A stretch of 63,484 nt of DNA, filler included, from Choristocarpus tenellus KU-1152 (taxonomy: Eukaryota; Protista; Phaeophyceae): the NCBI GenBank assembly GCA_964200185.2. It is 6 parts of 6 records of this genome, joined end to end, with 100 filler letters (N's around TTAATTAATTAA, not from the genome) between each part and the next. Parts side by side here need not be neighbours in the genome. Positions count along the whole stretch, not along the records: positions 1 to 29,013 come from CAXNAD020000115.1; 5 more parts are not named here. One strand, written 5' to 3'. Position numbers and translations under genes: made by a program. Positions 13,701 through 25,018 of this stretch are shown here, piece after piece. The notes below the pieces were generated by a model. That model ran no database searches, was not told the origin of the DNA, and saw only the letters and a program-made list of their open reading frames with translations. The stretch's first letter is position 1, and every line of letters starts with the position of its first letter.

Positions 13701-16700
13701 TGGCGTAATTAAATCACTTACAAATGCTTGCTATTTCCCAAGCCAAGACTCCACCTTGTAAAGGGAAAATCTGAGGTGCCCACGATATGATATGATGCCT
13801 GGACAAGGCTAAGGGTACAGGAGTCACACAAAAGAACCAGCCTTAGAGTGGTATGCTAGATACCAGGTGTGTCAAGGTAGTATGAGGGGACGGGAGAGCT
13901 GTATGCGCATCTGTGTGAGGAATAGTTCACTCCACTGCTGTTTCCCCTAAACCTCTTGCTAGGTAATATACCTCGGTGGCCTCATGTGTGCTAAAATGGC
14001 GGCAATGAGATTTTCGGTTATCGCCCACAGGTTGTCCGCGTTGTGCACGAACTCCAGAATTTCTTCAAGGGCCTTGATTTGCTCATCCTCATCTTCTCCA
14101 CGGAGTGCCATAAGCTGTGAGGATATCGAGGATGGGATTTAAACCAAGGAGTAGGCATGGTGCAGGAAGGGAAAGGTATTGAAGGAAGCCTCCCACATAA
14201 TAGTAGGGTGTGTCTACTCTGCTCTTGAGTATTCCAAGATATTGAGCGGATGTGAGTAGGTGCATAAAAGGCAGTGAGTTACAGAAAATCGTACAGCCAA
14301 TGATTTTATATATATTCTCGGGGCTGTGCCTGAAATTGACCAAAGTTAGTCGCTTTAACTGATCTAGTGCCATGCACCATTTGAAATCCAGATGTGCCCA
14401 ACCTTGAAGTTGATCTTGGACTTCTTCAGTCTATTACTATATTATCCAATGTCTAGGTCTTCTCTCTTCTATTCATCTTTCGCCTTCCCATCCTTTCATC
14501 AGTTCTCTTCCAGCCTCCAGCCCAACGCTTTATTCCAGACATCCATTTGTAGTCATGCCTTACACTCCATTCAAACCCACACTTTCTTCCAAACCCACAC
14601 TCTTCTCACTGTCTCACACACACATATTTTAAATACACATGTACAAACGCATATTGATAAGAAATTTTTAGTGTGTGGAATGCTACCATTGTCTCCAGAA
14701 CTAACAGTTGGAGTAGCTCTTGTATTGTCGTGAAGATGGTCATTCTCTTCAACTGTAAGAAACGTTTCTGTGGAGGCCAAAGTGTTGATTCTCCTTTCCT
14801 TCGTGAAATCTATTTCAGTGGCAATTGAGTCTAGTACGAGGACAGAGCCTTACTTTTGGCGGTGAGTGAAGGGGAAGGCCCTACGTCACATATGGAGCAT
14901 CAGAATTTGCATCCCTTGTGAACCCTGCAAGGGGTTGTGTGTCTCTAGTGGTACGTCCTGATCTGACTTGAGGCCATAGTCTTGCTGGGGACTCAGTGTA
15001 TGCTCAACTGTCTGAATATATTCTTCAGTAATGCTTGATGCTTCATGCTAGCCTTGGGATTCACCATTAATAACCTAGTTGTCCCTTTGGCTTGATGAAT
15101 ATCCGGTGGACATGTGTCAGGCTACCTCTCAAGGAGCAGAGTGCTGGATGGATATCAATTGATTTCCTGCAAGAGTTCCTTGCTTGGTATCCCGATTGAG
15201 TATCTAATTGCATGAATTGGCAAAGCAGTTGCTATCCACTTAGAAGGCAACACCGGCTGGTCAAGCATTGTTTCCTCTCTTGGGCTGGAGGAGAGCTGAT
15301 TCAGGTTGCAGGGAGTTGCAAACTTCAAGCTCAGGTCCCCTTGATCAAACGGGATGCCAGGTACTGTACTAACACATATGTTTGTGCAAGACATGCCCAC
15401 CTTTAACCAATACAGGGTGTGTCCAACTTGATGTATTCTTGGGATGACTGTTTGGAGGATATATTCCTTGATGGAAGTGGGATGCTACTCATTTGTTCTT
15501 CTGGTCTGGGGATAAAAAATAACACTTTATGGGCTGACTCTGAGCGAAATTATCTTAGAGGGTAGATCCGCATCCATTTGGGTACCACAATCCAATGTTG
15601 CGATCTTGATGTAATTTTGGCTATCGTGTTTGTCAGGAAGTGTCAATGTCCTTGTTCCGGATACACCTTTTCATAACGTATATATTTTGGAGTAGGGAAA
15701 TGCCATTAAAAAAAAACATGGGAAGCCAAGCTCTAAATGGACAAACAAGGCAAAACTCGTACCCTCTAAGATACTTTCACTCTAACTGCATGCTCCATGT
15801 GGCCTTGCTAGTCACTGCAGGACTAACAATTTTGTGGATACCTCAAAAGGAACAGAGGTGGGGGATGATAAAGGGCAGTACAGGCATTTGCAAAGAGGGA
15901 GATGTTCTCATAGTAGCTAAATTGGAATCAAGTTCATTCCCTTGTTTCTAGAGCCTGCGTTGTGACACACTCTTTGAGTATTATTTTGTCCAAGAGAGAG
16001 AAGGAGGTCTTCTTGAGAGTGGGCCTGATTGGTGCCGATACACATGCTTTGTGGAATTGACGTGTGCTACTGAGGTCATGTACATTGCTCAGGAGGTCAC
16101 TGCATACTGCTGATGACTGCCACTACTTGTTGTACTAGTAATAAGCCTTACCGGGGGATCCTTCATGGTCATCGGGGCATGAATGTTCGATAGTGGTGAA
16201 TTCAGTATGGATCAGGATTGAAAAAAGAGGGATTATAGGTTGTGCACTTCTGTCAAGTAAAAACGTTAACAGGACATCCATGATTAGTGGAACGCAACGG
16301 TGCCTCCAAAGTTGATTGTGGCAGGTATTTGGTCTCTGTGTGGTCGGATTCCCATCTTTTGTTTGTGCTTTCACATATTTCTCAGCCAAGAGCAGAGAGA
16401 GGTGAAAAAATGCTGAAAGGCATTTCATGCCACTGATACCTATACGTGTACATAGTTCAGATACTCCCTGTTGCTTGCTTGGGTTAGTCTTGGCTGATTT
16501 CCTGCTCTCAATTGAGGGTTTGTCTACTATCGTGCTCTTGTCTTATAGAAGTAAGTGGAGCAAAGAGCTGTGCACATGAAAGGACATAGACACACCAGTA
16601 GGTTAAGCACTCAAGAAGGCACACAGGGTATTAAGCAGGTAGGCTCGGGTATAGGATTGAGGGGTACAAAACCTGTTGCTTTCGCCACTTTGCAACGTAT

Positions 16701-16786
16701 CGTATCCGTTGGTCACTCTTCCGTGCAAATTGCCCCGCCAGGATTTCCCTCCATACTTCCTCCGTCTCAATATACCTGACGCCCAT
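1776..16786 (-). CDS. large multi-exon armadillo/HEAT-repeat protein with a low-complexity C-terminus
   Basis: Phase-compatible GT-AG exons from ~14114 downward: LMALRGEDEDEQIKALEEILEFVHNADNLWAITENLIAAILAHMRPPR|MESDMECLLTGSILWKLSEYYDFVSLLVSAGTINSCVAILNK...VQ|VIMIGILCRVG...AGALIWAVARPW|VRKEYHDG...ASRALVHLV. Further helical ARM-like exons at ~9835-10400, 6550-6850, 4800-5110 and 3950-4190 (ISCHILGNLSRSN), then low-complexity exons at 2981-3715 and 1999-2280. Exons upstream of 14430 (possible ATG 16786) and the stop near 1776 are tentative. Confidence 0.7.
7156..7418 (+). mobile_element. family-A MITE (Sola2-like), degenerate copy
   Basis: Aligns to the family-A body (agagggtaggagttttgcactgtttgtccg...ggagtaggtaaaatgt...aaggatattgac). 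Termini are eroded. Confidence 0.8.
8000..8257 (-). mobile_element. family-A MITE (Sola2-like)
   Basis: TIRs gagtaaaagtgtcttagagggta / taccttccaagatacttttactc. Flanks ttat/ttac give a near-perfect 4-bp TSD. Confidence 0.9.
9303..9556 (-). mobile_element. family-A MITE (Sola2-like)
   Basis: GAG...CTC termini and a perfect 4-bp TSD (tatc/tatc). Confidence 0.92.
12642..12897 (+). mobile_element. family-A MITE (Sola2-like)
   Basis: TIRs gagtgaaagtattttagagggta / taccctctaagatacttttactc and a perfect TSD (aaca/aaca). Confidence 0.93.
15542..15782 (-). mobile_element. family-A MITE (Sola2-like)
   Basis: Both TIRs present, small internal deletion, TSD not recognisable. Confidence 0.88.
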
Positions 16787-17832
16787 AGTCCCAGAGCAGG
16801 CAAGGGATAGGCCAAAAAAAAGGAGAAGAAGTGGATCAGGCGAACTGAAGAAGGATGATCAGTTATAGTGAGATCTTGTGGACCACATTGTATTCTTCAA
16901 CCTGGTAGTAAAGCTGGAACGAAATCCGTTTGCTCTCTGTTTAGCAAGGGAGGCGGAAGATGGGATGGTGGAAGATTGCAAGATTGCAAGATTGCAGTTT
17001 GATTTGATTTAGCAGCAACTGGTGAGTCGATAGGATGTGCCTCTCCTTCTGTTCGTGCCTCTTGCCAGTTTTAACCTTTGAGGGAAGAAAAGGAGGTTAT
17101 GTCAATAATCGATCTTCCTGCTAAGTCTCCATATTTCTCCATTACATTGCAATGCAAGCATATTCTCTCCTGATGTTGCAACTTATACATATACCAATTA
17201 CAGAAGATTCCACGCTCGGACGAGGCAATGCTCAAGTATCAAATAGGTGGACGGATGGTAGAAATCCATGAGAATGCAGAGAAGTCCCAAGTAACCCTGA
17301 ATACGTAACTTCTTATCAATGTATTGTACAAAAAAAATGTAATGAACTATTCTCTCTAAAATAAGACAGTCGCCCCAGGTCAGGAAAATGACTCACGGTT
17401 GCAAATAGAGTGAGTTTGGAAAATAGTCACAAGGAAAAACTGAAAAAGGCACTCTTTCCATTTTAAAAAGACTAAATAATAAAACACGTGCCATTTATTT
17501 TTTTAATTAAAATCAACAATGCTCAGGAATGCTTACTTTGACTTCCCACCAATAAAATTTGGAAAATTCCTGTAATAAAGTATGCAAAATTTTGACGATA
17601 CCTAACAGAAACTCTCCCCAACCTCTCATCCCCCCACCCCCATTTTGTTTTCCATGCATTCAGCACATGAAATCTCACCCTGCAGCAGCACTTCATGACA
17701 TTCTTGGAGTACTATAGTACAATACTACTGGTAGTAGTAGTTCAAAGCAACCCCAACCCTGACTCTGACCCTGACCCATTTTTCACATCTTCATTGATTC
17801 GATTCTTGCAGACTTAGACTCCACATACGAAC

Positions 17833-17872
17833 ACACACACACAATATATAAATATATATATATATATATATA
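17833..17872. repeat. (CA)n/(TA)n microsatellite
   Basis: acacacacacaatatataaatatatatatatatatata. Confidence 0.85.
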
Positions 17873-18048
17873 GGTATGTTTCCATTATCCCAACACAAGC
17901 GACACCTGATTGGCCCCTCTGCAATGATCGGTTTGCCAGACAGAACCGACACAAGACCAGGATTCTCAGACTGCCAGCGAATCCTTCCGTTCTCAGCATA
18001 GTCGCCGCCTGTGTACTGTCTCGAACCGTTGTTGTATTTGAAGGACAT
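17873..18048 (-). pseudogene. fragment resembling an N-terminal TTF/BED-type zinc finger of a DNA transposase
   Basis: MSFKYNNGSRQYTGGDYAENGRIRWQSENPGLVSVLSGKPIIAEGPIRCRLC matches the W-x3-P-x-L...CxxC pattern. The segment is CpG-rich and cut off by the (TA)n run. Family assignment is by motif resemblance only. Confidence 0.3.
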
Positions 18049-18521
18049 GTTGAAGGAACAATGGAGTGGAGAGCTTACGAGATGTTGAAGGACATGTTGA
18101 AGGGCGAAAGTGCAGGTTGCGTTGTTGGTGAAAAGGCGAAATAATCTGACATCTATAAGGCAATTCGTATTATCCCCTTTGGCTCGATGAAGATTGTACT
18201 TTGGAGCACCAAGTTGTCATTACTGCTATATATTACCCTCTCACCTCAAGCATTGTGGTTGCCTTAGTGCTGACATTTTGCAGGGTCTCCTGCCAATGAA
18301 TCAGCATTCCCTTTATAGGACTGCCTTCTAACGATCTTTCTTACCCTCCCCCCCAAGTGAGGTACACCAAGGTCCGGGTCAGTGCAGCCATCAGCAAACA
18401 CGAAGAAGAAGAGGGGTAAGAGTAGGGATGTTTCCGAAAGTATAAGTCAGACACATGGTTGTGAAAGGATGGCTATTTATTGATAAGTACAATCTCTCTG
18501 CATGATGGGTAGCAACCAAGT

Positions 18522-19547
18522 TTATACTATAGAGGAATAAACATGCCAGGGTGAGTTTTTCTGATGGTATAGATAGAGGATATGCATGAGGAGAGTCCAT
18601 TTTCTTGGCTCATATTTGTAATACATAACCATACATGTTCCTAGGTGTTTGCCAGCTGGTAAGTGTGCTCTTTTCCTTTTCGAAAAGTTGGATAAGGTCA
18701 GGTCAGGGAGGGTGGCATAAGTGAATGAATGGGAGACAAAGGAAGCTGGTACCCACATTCTCCTACCAAAGAGCACCTACCTTTCTTGCGTTTTTGAATC
18801 CCACAGCCTTTCAGTGTGCTTTAGGAAATTATGTGTGATGCACAAGTAGTCTTGTCCTTTTGGGAGAGACAACCAAATGTATATCAGGTTGTCGTGAAGT
18901 ACATCATAATTTAGATCAAGCACAAAGGCTCTCTCTCCTGCTGGTCTCACTCTGTGTTTTTTTGCAAACATTGGCCACAAAATATAGCAAACATCAAGTG
19001 TCACTAATACATCTAATCTAATCTATCCTTCCAGCCCTTTTCCCCATTTTCTCCAATGCTACTCCCACCTTTTAAAGTATATGATGAGTGCCTCCACTGG
19101 TACCCTCCCCCTCACCACCCTGTACCAAACGCCTTGCTCCTCTAGTTCCCATGGGTCATAGTTCTCACAGGACACTGGTATCCATGCTGGAGTGGAACCC
19201 CTTACGTTTGAGGTCTCCCTTCCAGTGAGATCTTGAACCTTTTGTGACCTAGCAATTGGGAAATGATGATTCAACTATCGCACTGAGAGTGGTATTTAAA
19301 CTAATTTTGTTAGGTTTGGGGGGTGCGGGGGGCAGAGGTGGGGATATGGATTGAGGTGATTTGATATCTAGTACGCCCTTGTATGTGAGGTGGGGTGTGG
19401 TTATATTCATGATGGGCGTAGAGGACTATCTTTTCGAGACTGAGGAAAAGGGGGGAGAAACCAGAGCTTGTTGATACCAGTATTGTTTTTGCGACTCCAT
19501 TACTTTGTTGCGCCCATGGATACAGCCAAGGATAGAAAGGAAAAGAT

Positions 19548-19642
<95 letters not shown>

Positions 19643-20612
19643 GAGAGAGGGGAAGAGAGGGGGAGAGAGAGCAGTCTATTGAACGAAGGGCGAGGGGTGC
19701 CTTGGATATGGTCATGTTTGGGATACAGCACATCTGTTCAAGTATCAGACAGGAGAGTGCACACACGCACACTTCCTCCTCGGCTACCCTAATATGATTA
19801 ATGGGCACCTCCAATAATGAAAATGCTTTCTCTCTGAGCATGGGACGTAGGGGGGGAAGATACTAACATTCTCCTGGATATCTCCTCCCTGATGTTTTTC
19901 TTGACTTTAGCTGTGGCTCTTGCCCGAAGACTCCTGCTATGTGTTGCCATTCTCAGGCGATCTGACTCGTCAATGATCGCCTGGAAGCCACATTTGAGCT
20001 CACCCGCACTTACCCCTTCGCCACCATTTCTGACATCAGGAGTAAGATAGGTCATCAGGCAGATTCCTCCTGTGCTGCTCTGATATTTGTTATGGTGCTT
20101 ATCAGCTACTCTTAACTCACTACAGAACCCAGGGAACCACTTTGAAAAACGATCCCACTTCTATAGTATGGTCTCCATTATCACTCTATGTCCACTTACA
20201 GTTCTGGTGATTTTCAACTTTGTAGAATGTCACGAGAAGTGGGGCGTACTCCAGAGTCCATTTTCGACTTTTGGGGAACTATTGGACGAGAAGGTGACAG
20301 TTCAGAAGTTCAAACGTGTTTTCTTTTTCATAGGGTCGTAGTTCTCACGGGAAGTATGTTTCTTCGACTCTTATGTCACCTGCTCAAGTGTGAAAAAAGA
20401 TCTCTGATACAAAGATCATTCAAGTCCATGTAGTCCTCTAGGCCCTGGAAAAGATCGGGAGAGTCGGGTGGTAGGGGGGTAACATGACTTTTGAGACGCC
20501 TGCTGAAGGTTAGGTAGTTATGCTGGGAGGAAGGGATGTACGTTAATTCAGGAGTCTTCTGTAAGCATTGATAAAATTGTGGATATTTCTGCCTCCAAGG
20601 CATCAACATTTC
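18522..20612 (-). pseudogene. multi-exon gene of unknown function, 5' part with in-frame stops
   Basis: Exons ~19240-19069, 18951-18781 and 18675-18522 splice in frame: ...ENYDPWELEEQGVWYRVVRGRVPVEALIIYFKR|VRPAGERAFVLDLNYDVLHDNLIYIWLSLPKGQDYLCITHNFLKHTERLWDSKTQER|KRAHLPAGKHLGTCMVMYYKY. Upstream exon-like blocks (20612-20541, ~20443-20199) carry several TGA stops. Confidence 0.5.
19548..19670. repeat. compound microsatellite (CA)n(GA)n(GACA)n(CA)n
   Basis: Directly visible. Confidence 0.95.
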
Positions 20613-20690
20613 CCTAAAGTCTAGTCAACAGGTATGGATTGTGATTTCTTGTCCATCCTAATCCCAAGAAAAACAAGAAACACAAGGCCT

Positions 20691-21000
20691 TTTCTTCTTA
20701 GTTCAACAAAGAAAGTAAAAGGGTATTTTAGTGCTAATAACTCTCTTCTCTTCTTAGTTCAACAAAGAAAGTAAAAGGGTATTTTAGTGCTAATAACTCT
20801 CTTCTCTTCTTAGTTCAACAAAGAAACTAAAAGAGTGTGTTAGTGCTAGTATCTCTCTTTTCTTCTTAGTTCAACAAAGAAAGTAATAGAGTATTTTAGT
20901 GCTAATAACTCTCTTTTCTTCTTAGTACAACAAAGAAGTAAAAGAGTATTTTAGTGCTAATAACTCTCTTCTCTTCTTAGTTCAACAAAGAAAGTAAAAA
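20691..21000. repeat. 56-bp AT-rich tandem repeat, ~5.5 copies
   Basis: Unit ttcttagttcaacaaagaaagtaaaagrgtattttagtgctaataactctcttytc. The gttcaaca motif recurs at 20701, 20757, 20813, 20869, 20925 (gtacaaca variant) and 20980. Confidence 0.95.
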
Positions 21001-22838
21001 CGTACAAGCATTTCAGTAATAGTAACTCTTACGATAAACCTATCCTTGCAGTTGTCAGTATCCATCTTAGATATCCTGTCTCCTCCAACAAGTCAACTGC
21101 AGGTACCCATGTCCAAAAACAACGCCGCTTGATCGCCTTTTCTTGGTGCATGCTTCCAAATGTAAAACATTAGTGTGAAGAGCTCTGTAACCATACGAGT
21201 ACATTGCTGCTGCTTGTTGAGTCTCTTGTGATGTGGAAATGTCACAGATCTTGGGAAACAACATCTTTGAGGATTGACAGGGCTGTATCTGCTTGGAGTC
21301 AACATCAACGAGAGGTACCCAGTTTTTGGCCATTTGTTTTATACGCCAGTTAGTTCTTCAATCTTATTTTCAACCCCGACTCAAATTTTCTATGGATGGA
21401 GTGCTAACTTCAAGTTAAGAGGGTTGGTTTCTCTATTCTTGAAAATTTGAAAAATGAACCTATTTGCCGCATCCTTCACGTGCAACTCTGGGTACCTCTC
21501 GTTTACTTTGACTCTTAATCATTACAGCTACAGTGCTTCAGAGTCATTTGAAGTATTGAGCATGGTCGATTCCCTATTTTTAGAGCATGCAATCGTATAT
21601 AAACATACACAAATCTTCTCAGTGACAACCTAATGCTTGGTACACAATAATACCCTTTTATGGCGCTTCTGCTTGTGGAGAGTGCTGGTAAAAGTCTATT
21701 GGTGCCCCATTCAAAACTTACTATTCCAATCTTTACAAAGATAAAAAATTTGTCTCTTAGAAACATTTCCACCAGAGAGTTGGTGGATAATTTCAACACA
21801 AAAGTTTCTCCTGTTTTGTTCTTTTAGCCGGTGCAATCTCAAACTCTTGGGCACAACTTATGCTACAAAAAAGTGGACTGCAGGACTAAAAGTACATAAA
21901 AAAGAAGTCAGTCAAGCATAAAAGACAAACCACTCAGGATATTGAGCGACAAAGCATCCCTAGAGAGCTCAGTGAGGTTGACATGTTGGGATGGGCCAGT
22001 TGTCAACCCTAGAGGCTGGTAGGTGGTTCAGAGGGATGATACGGGGTCTGGTGGTTGACTAGCATTGAGGAAAAGCTTGTGAAACCAATGTCACAATTCG
22101 TAGCAAGGTCTGTACCCTCCAATTACTATTTGGTGCAGTTGTAATAAAAAAATGTCAATATTCCTATCCACATATGGTACGAAATCACACCTCTGAAATG
22201 TTAGGAATCCCACAATTTGCAGAAACTTCTGAGCATTCATGTGGAGTGTAGTCAGATAGGCAGCAGACAGATAGGCAGCAGGCAGATAGGTAATAGGAAA
22301 ACACTTCGATGTTAATTTACCTCTTGTTCACCTTGAGGGAGTAATGCATACTGCCACACAAACTCATGGTATTGAAGTTACTCCTAATGGCATCCCATCG
22401 AACCGGCTTTACAGGATCACGAATTTTCGCACTTTACTTCACTCAAGGCGCCTTATGGTTTGTTGGTATCTACCCGAGGATATCCAGTCCACACAATAAT
22501 GTGACACTGTGTCTCTCATTCTTGATCGATTGATGTGGTGGGTAAAAGGCAGTTCAACTAAGAGTCAAGTCACCGTAACTAATAGAAATTGAAGGTATGT
22601 AGCAGTAGACATCCTACGAAAAGAAACACATACCGATGCCACATTGAGTCCTTAGGCATTCTATTGTTATTATTGCTATTGTTGTTGTTGTTACCGATGT
22701 TTTAAAATGCTGTTACTAGTATTTGTATTTATAATTATCGTTTTGATATGGAATGTCTTCTCATTGCTTAGAGCTCTAGTGACTAATTTATTGCAGGTCA
22801 ATTAGCTGTTTTCCGTATTAATCCTAAGCAATCGCACT

Positions 22839-24817
22839 TCAACAGTTAGTTGTACGCCACCAATTCCCTGGACACCCTCCACTGGACTCATCTGCAAATA
22901 AGAGCTCTAAACCTCTTGCCTGGATCATTTTTACAGCAAGTGCCAGGTAGGGATATTGTTCTGCTTTTCTTTGCTCGATGTTGCATGCCATTATCACCTT
23001 ATATATTGAGTTGGAGATCAAGGTTAGGATGAGGAGGAATACACCGTCTTTTTACATGTGTGGGAGGGTGGAGATTCGTGCCAATCTGGTGACTTTGCCT
23101 GTGAAGAACTTGAAGCAGAACCATTTGCTTTCAGATTTCATGCTACACAGATCTTTCTCAGTCAAGTGTAGTAGCAATTTATTTTCGCCACAGAAGGGTT
23201 AGGGTATGGGTTAGGGTTTTCCATGCTCACCTATTCCCTCTTGTATGTTGATGGCTTCTTTTTTGCAATTTGTAATTTGTGTAATTCAATTTCTCCAAAA
23301 CAAGGGGGATGGGTGGTTTTGTACTTTCAATTCATTTCGAGTTTAAGTTGATTACCCCTTGTTATGCATTTTGGAACTGTATGAAAGGAATATGTATGAA
23401 ACACCTCCATACCCAGGACAGAACTCAAGATTTATGTTCTGTGCAATATGTGTATTCCGCAGCTTGTCCTCATAATTGTGCAGCCACATCTTGTCAGATA
23501 CACTCTCTATCTCATGATAGTGATAGGGTTACGGTAATGTTTTGTCGCTGACAATTTTCGCTCCTTAGTACTTCTCCGGCACCAATGGACTGCTATTTCG
23601 AAATGCAATATTTCAGGGTAAGACTAAAAGAACTTGAACACTGCAGCACACGAGTCATGCTGTAAATGGTTGGCGACCTGATACATGCACAGCAAAAGGG
23701 TCATGTGCACCGTGCATCTTAATTTTTTCCCGCAACTTGCCCTATCCCCATGAGTTTGGATTCAGTAGAACATCTTTCATACTTACTTCCTTCAGATCGA
23801 GCGAGTAGTTGTCGCCAGCTCCGAAATCTCTGAAAAGGTTCTTAATCTGGGTAAGGACGCAGAGCCAACGGTTTGGGTTACTGGGGTTGTTGACCCTATT
23901 AGAAAAAATAATTTTAGTGTGCTAAGTAGATCATAGTATGTAAGGAAAACTCACTTGGAAGCTCTTTTCGAAGTACATGGACTGATCAAGGACTTGCCTG
24001 CTCTGCTGTCAGGACTGGACGATCACATGCTCCTCCGTGGGTCTCCAACATTCGCATACCTCTGCCGACCTCAGTAGGGGTGATACATCCGTCGGATAGA
24101 TTCATCTTGTCTATAATGCCGAACCATTGTGGCACAGTCATCCCATTTTTTTGTATAACCTGACCAAAGCAGGAAAGTGCTGTGGTGAAAAAGTGGTGTA
24201 CATTGAGAACCCATCCCCACCCACGCCACGCCCTTCTAAGACTAAAATAATTTCTTATCCTAAATATTAACCTTAACAATTCTCACTATCAATGTAATAG
24301 TCATCCCTCAGTCTGACCTGTATCAGTTCCTCAACTACGCTTTTTTCTTTCCGGTTTGTTTGCAATTCTGGTCCCAGTCGGCGCATGTGACGGAAAGCCA
24401 TACCCAGCTCCTGTTACAATTGGGAGATGATACAGACGGAAGTATTTACCGTCACAGGAAAGGTTTATGTGCATCTACAACACTGGAGAGCAAACCCGAT
24501 GATGGATGGCTCTTGCATGATCCAGTAAGCTCAATGGAGCGACTTCGTTTCCATCCTACTCCTCGTTCAGTCTCGTGTGTGCTTGTGCTTGGCAGATATC
24601 CGCGCCAGATCGCGAAAGTTACAAACTACAGGGCAATATGGTGTCACGACAATCCCTCTTCACTCACCTGGTATAAGAAGAGATTGACTTTGCCTTCTCC
24701 ATTTTCGGGAATATGAACTCTGATGCTTTCGAGGAATTCCACCAGCGAGTCCACATCTGCATTTGAGTACGGTAGGCTGGACTTGAGGAGAGGCCAGGGA
24801 GAACCCGAAACTGTCAT
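22839..24817 (-). CDS. EF-hand-like calcium-binding protein (multi-exon; 3' end uncertain)
   Basis: Phase-0 exons 24817-24668, 24410-24318, 24159-23998 and 23846-23787 give ...GEGKVNLFLYQ|ELGMAFRHMRRL...EELIQ|VIQKNGMTVPQWFGIIDKMNLSDGCITPTEVGRGMRML...LTAEQ|IKNLFRDFGAGDNYSLDLKE, with degenerate helix-loop-helix EF motifs. Confidence 0.65.
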
Positions 24818-25018
24818 CCGTCCACCCTGCGAGCTTTCCCTCCGTTGAAGAGACACTAATCACCTATGTTTTCTTCTGTGTTGGAGGTGGGAATAGGGTT
24901 GCGAATACAGAAACAAAGATGGTGTATGTGTGTGGTGTGTCATCCAATGAAATGGACCATTTTCGGAGTTTCCTGACGACAGTTTCAGGAAAAATATGAA
25001 ACACCTCAAAAATAAGGA
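24818..25018. promoter_or_regulatory. putative bidirectional promoter between head-to-head genes
   Basis: About 200 bp separate the divergent start codons at 24817 (-) and 25019 (+). The flanking first exons are CpG-rich. Confidence 0.45.

Noticed and set aside
19310-19841. Cys/Val- and His/Thr-repeat ORFs
   Set aside because: Read-through of the (CA)/(GA) microsatellite.
20199-20612. Selenoprotein or TGA recoding to explain in-frame TGAs
   Set aside because: Contexts are not Cys-like redox motifs, no SECIS is evident, and TGA is a normal stop in the GH16 gene. CpG decay or a wrong frame is simpler.
20691-21000. CRISPR-like array
   Set aside because: Units are contiguous with no unique spacers, there are no cas genes, and the context is eukaryotic.
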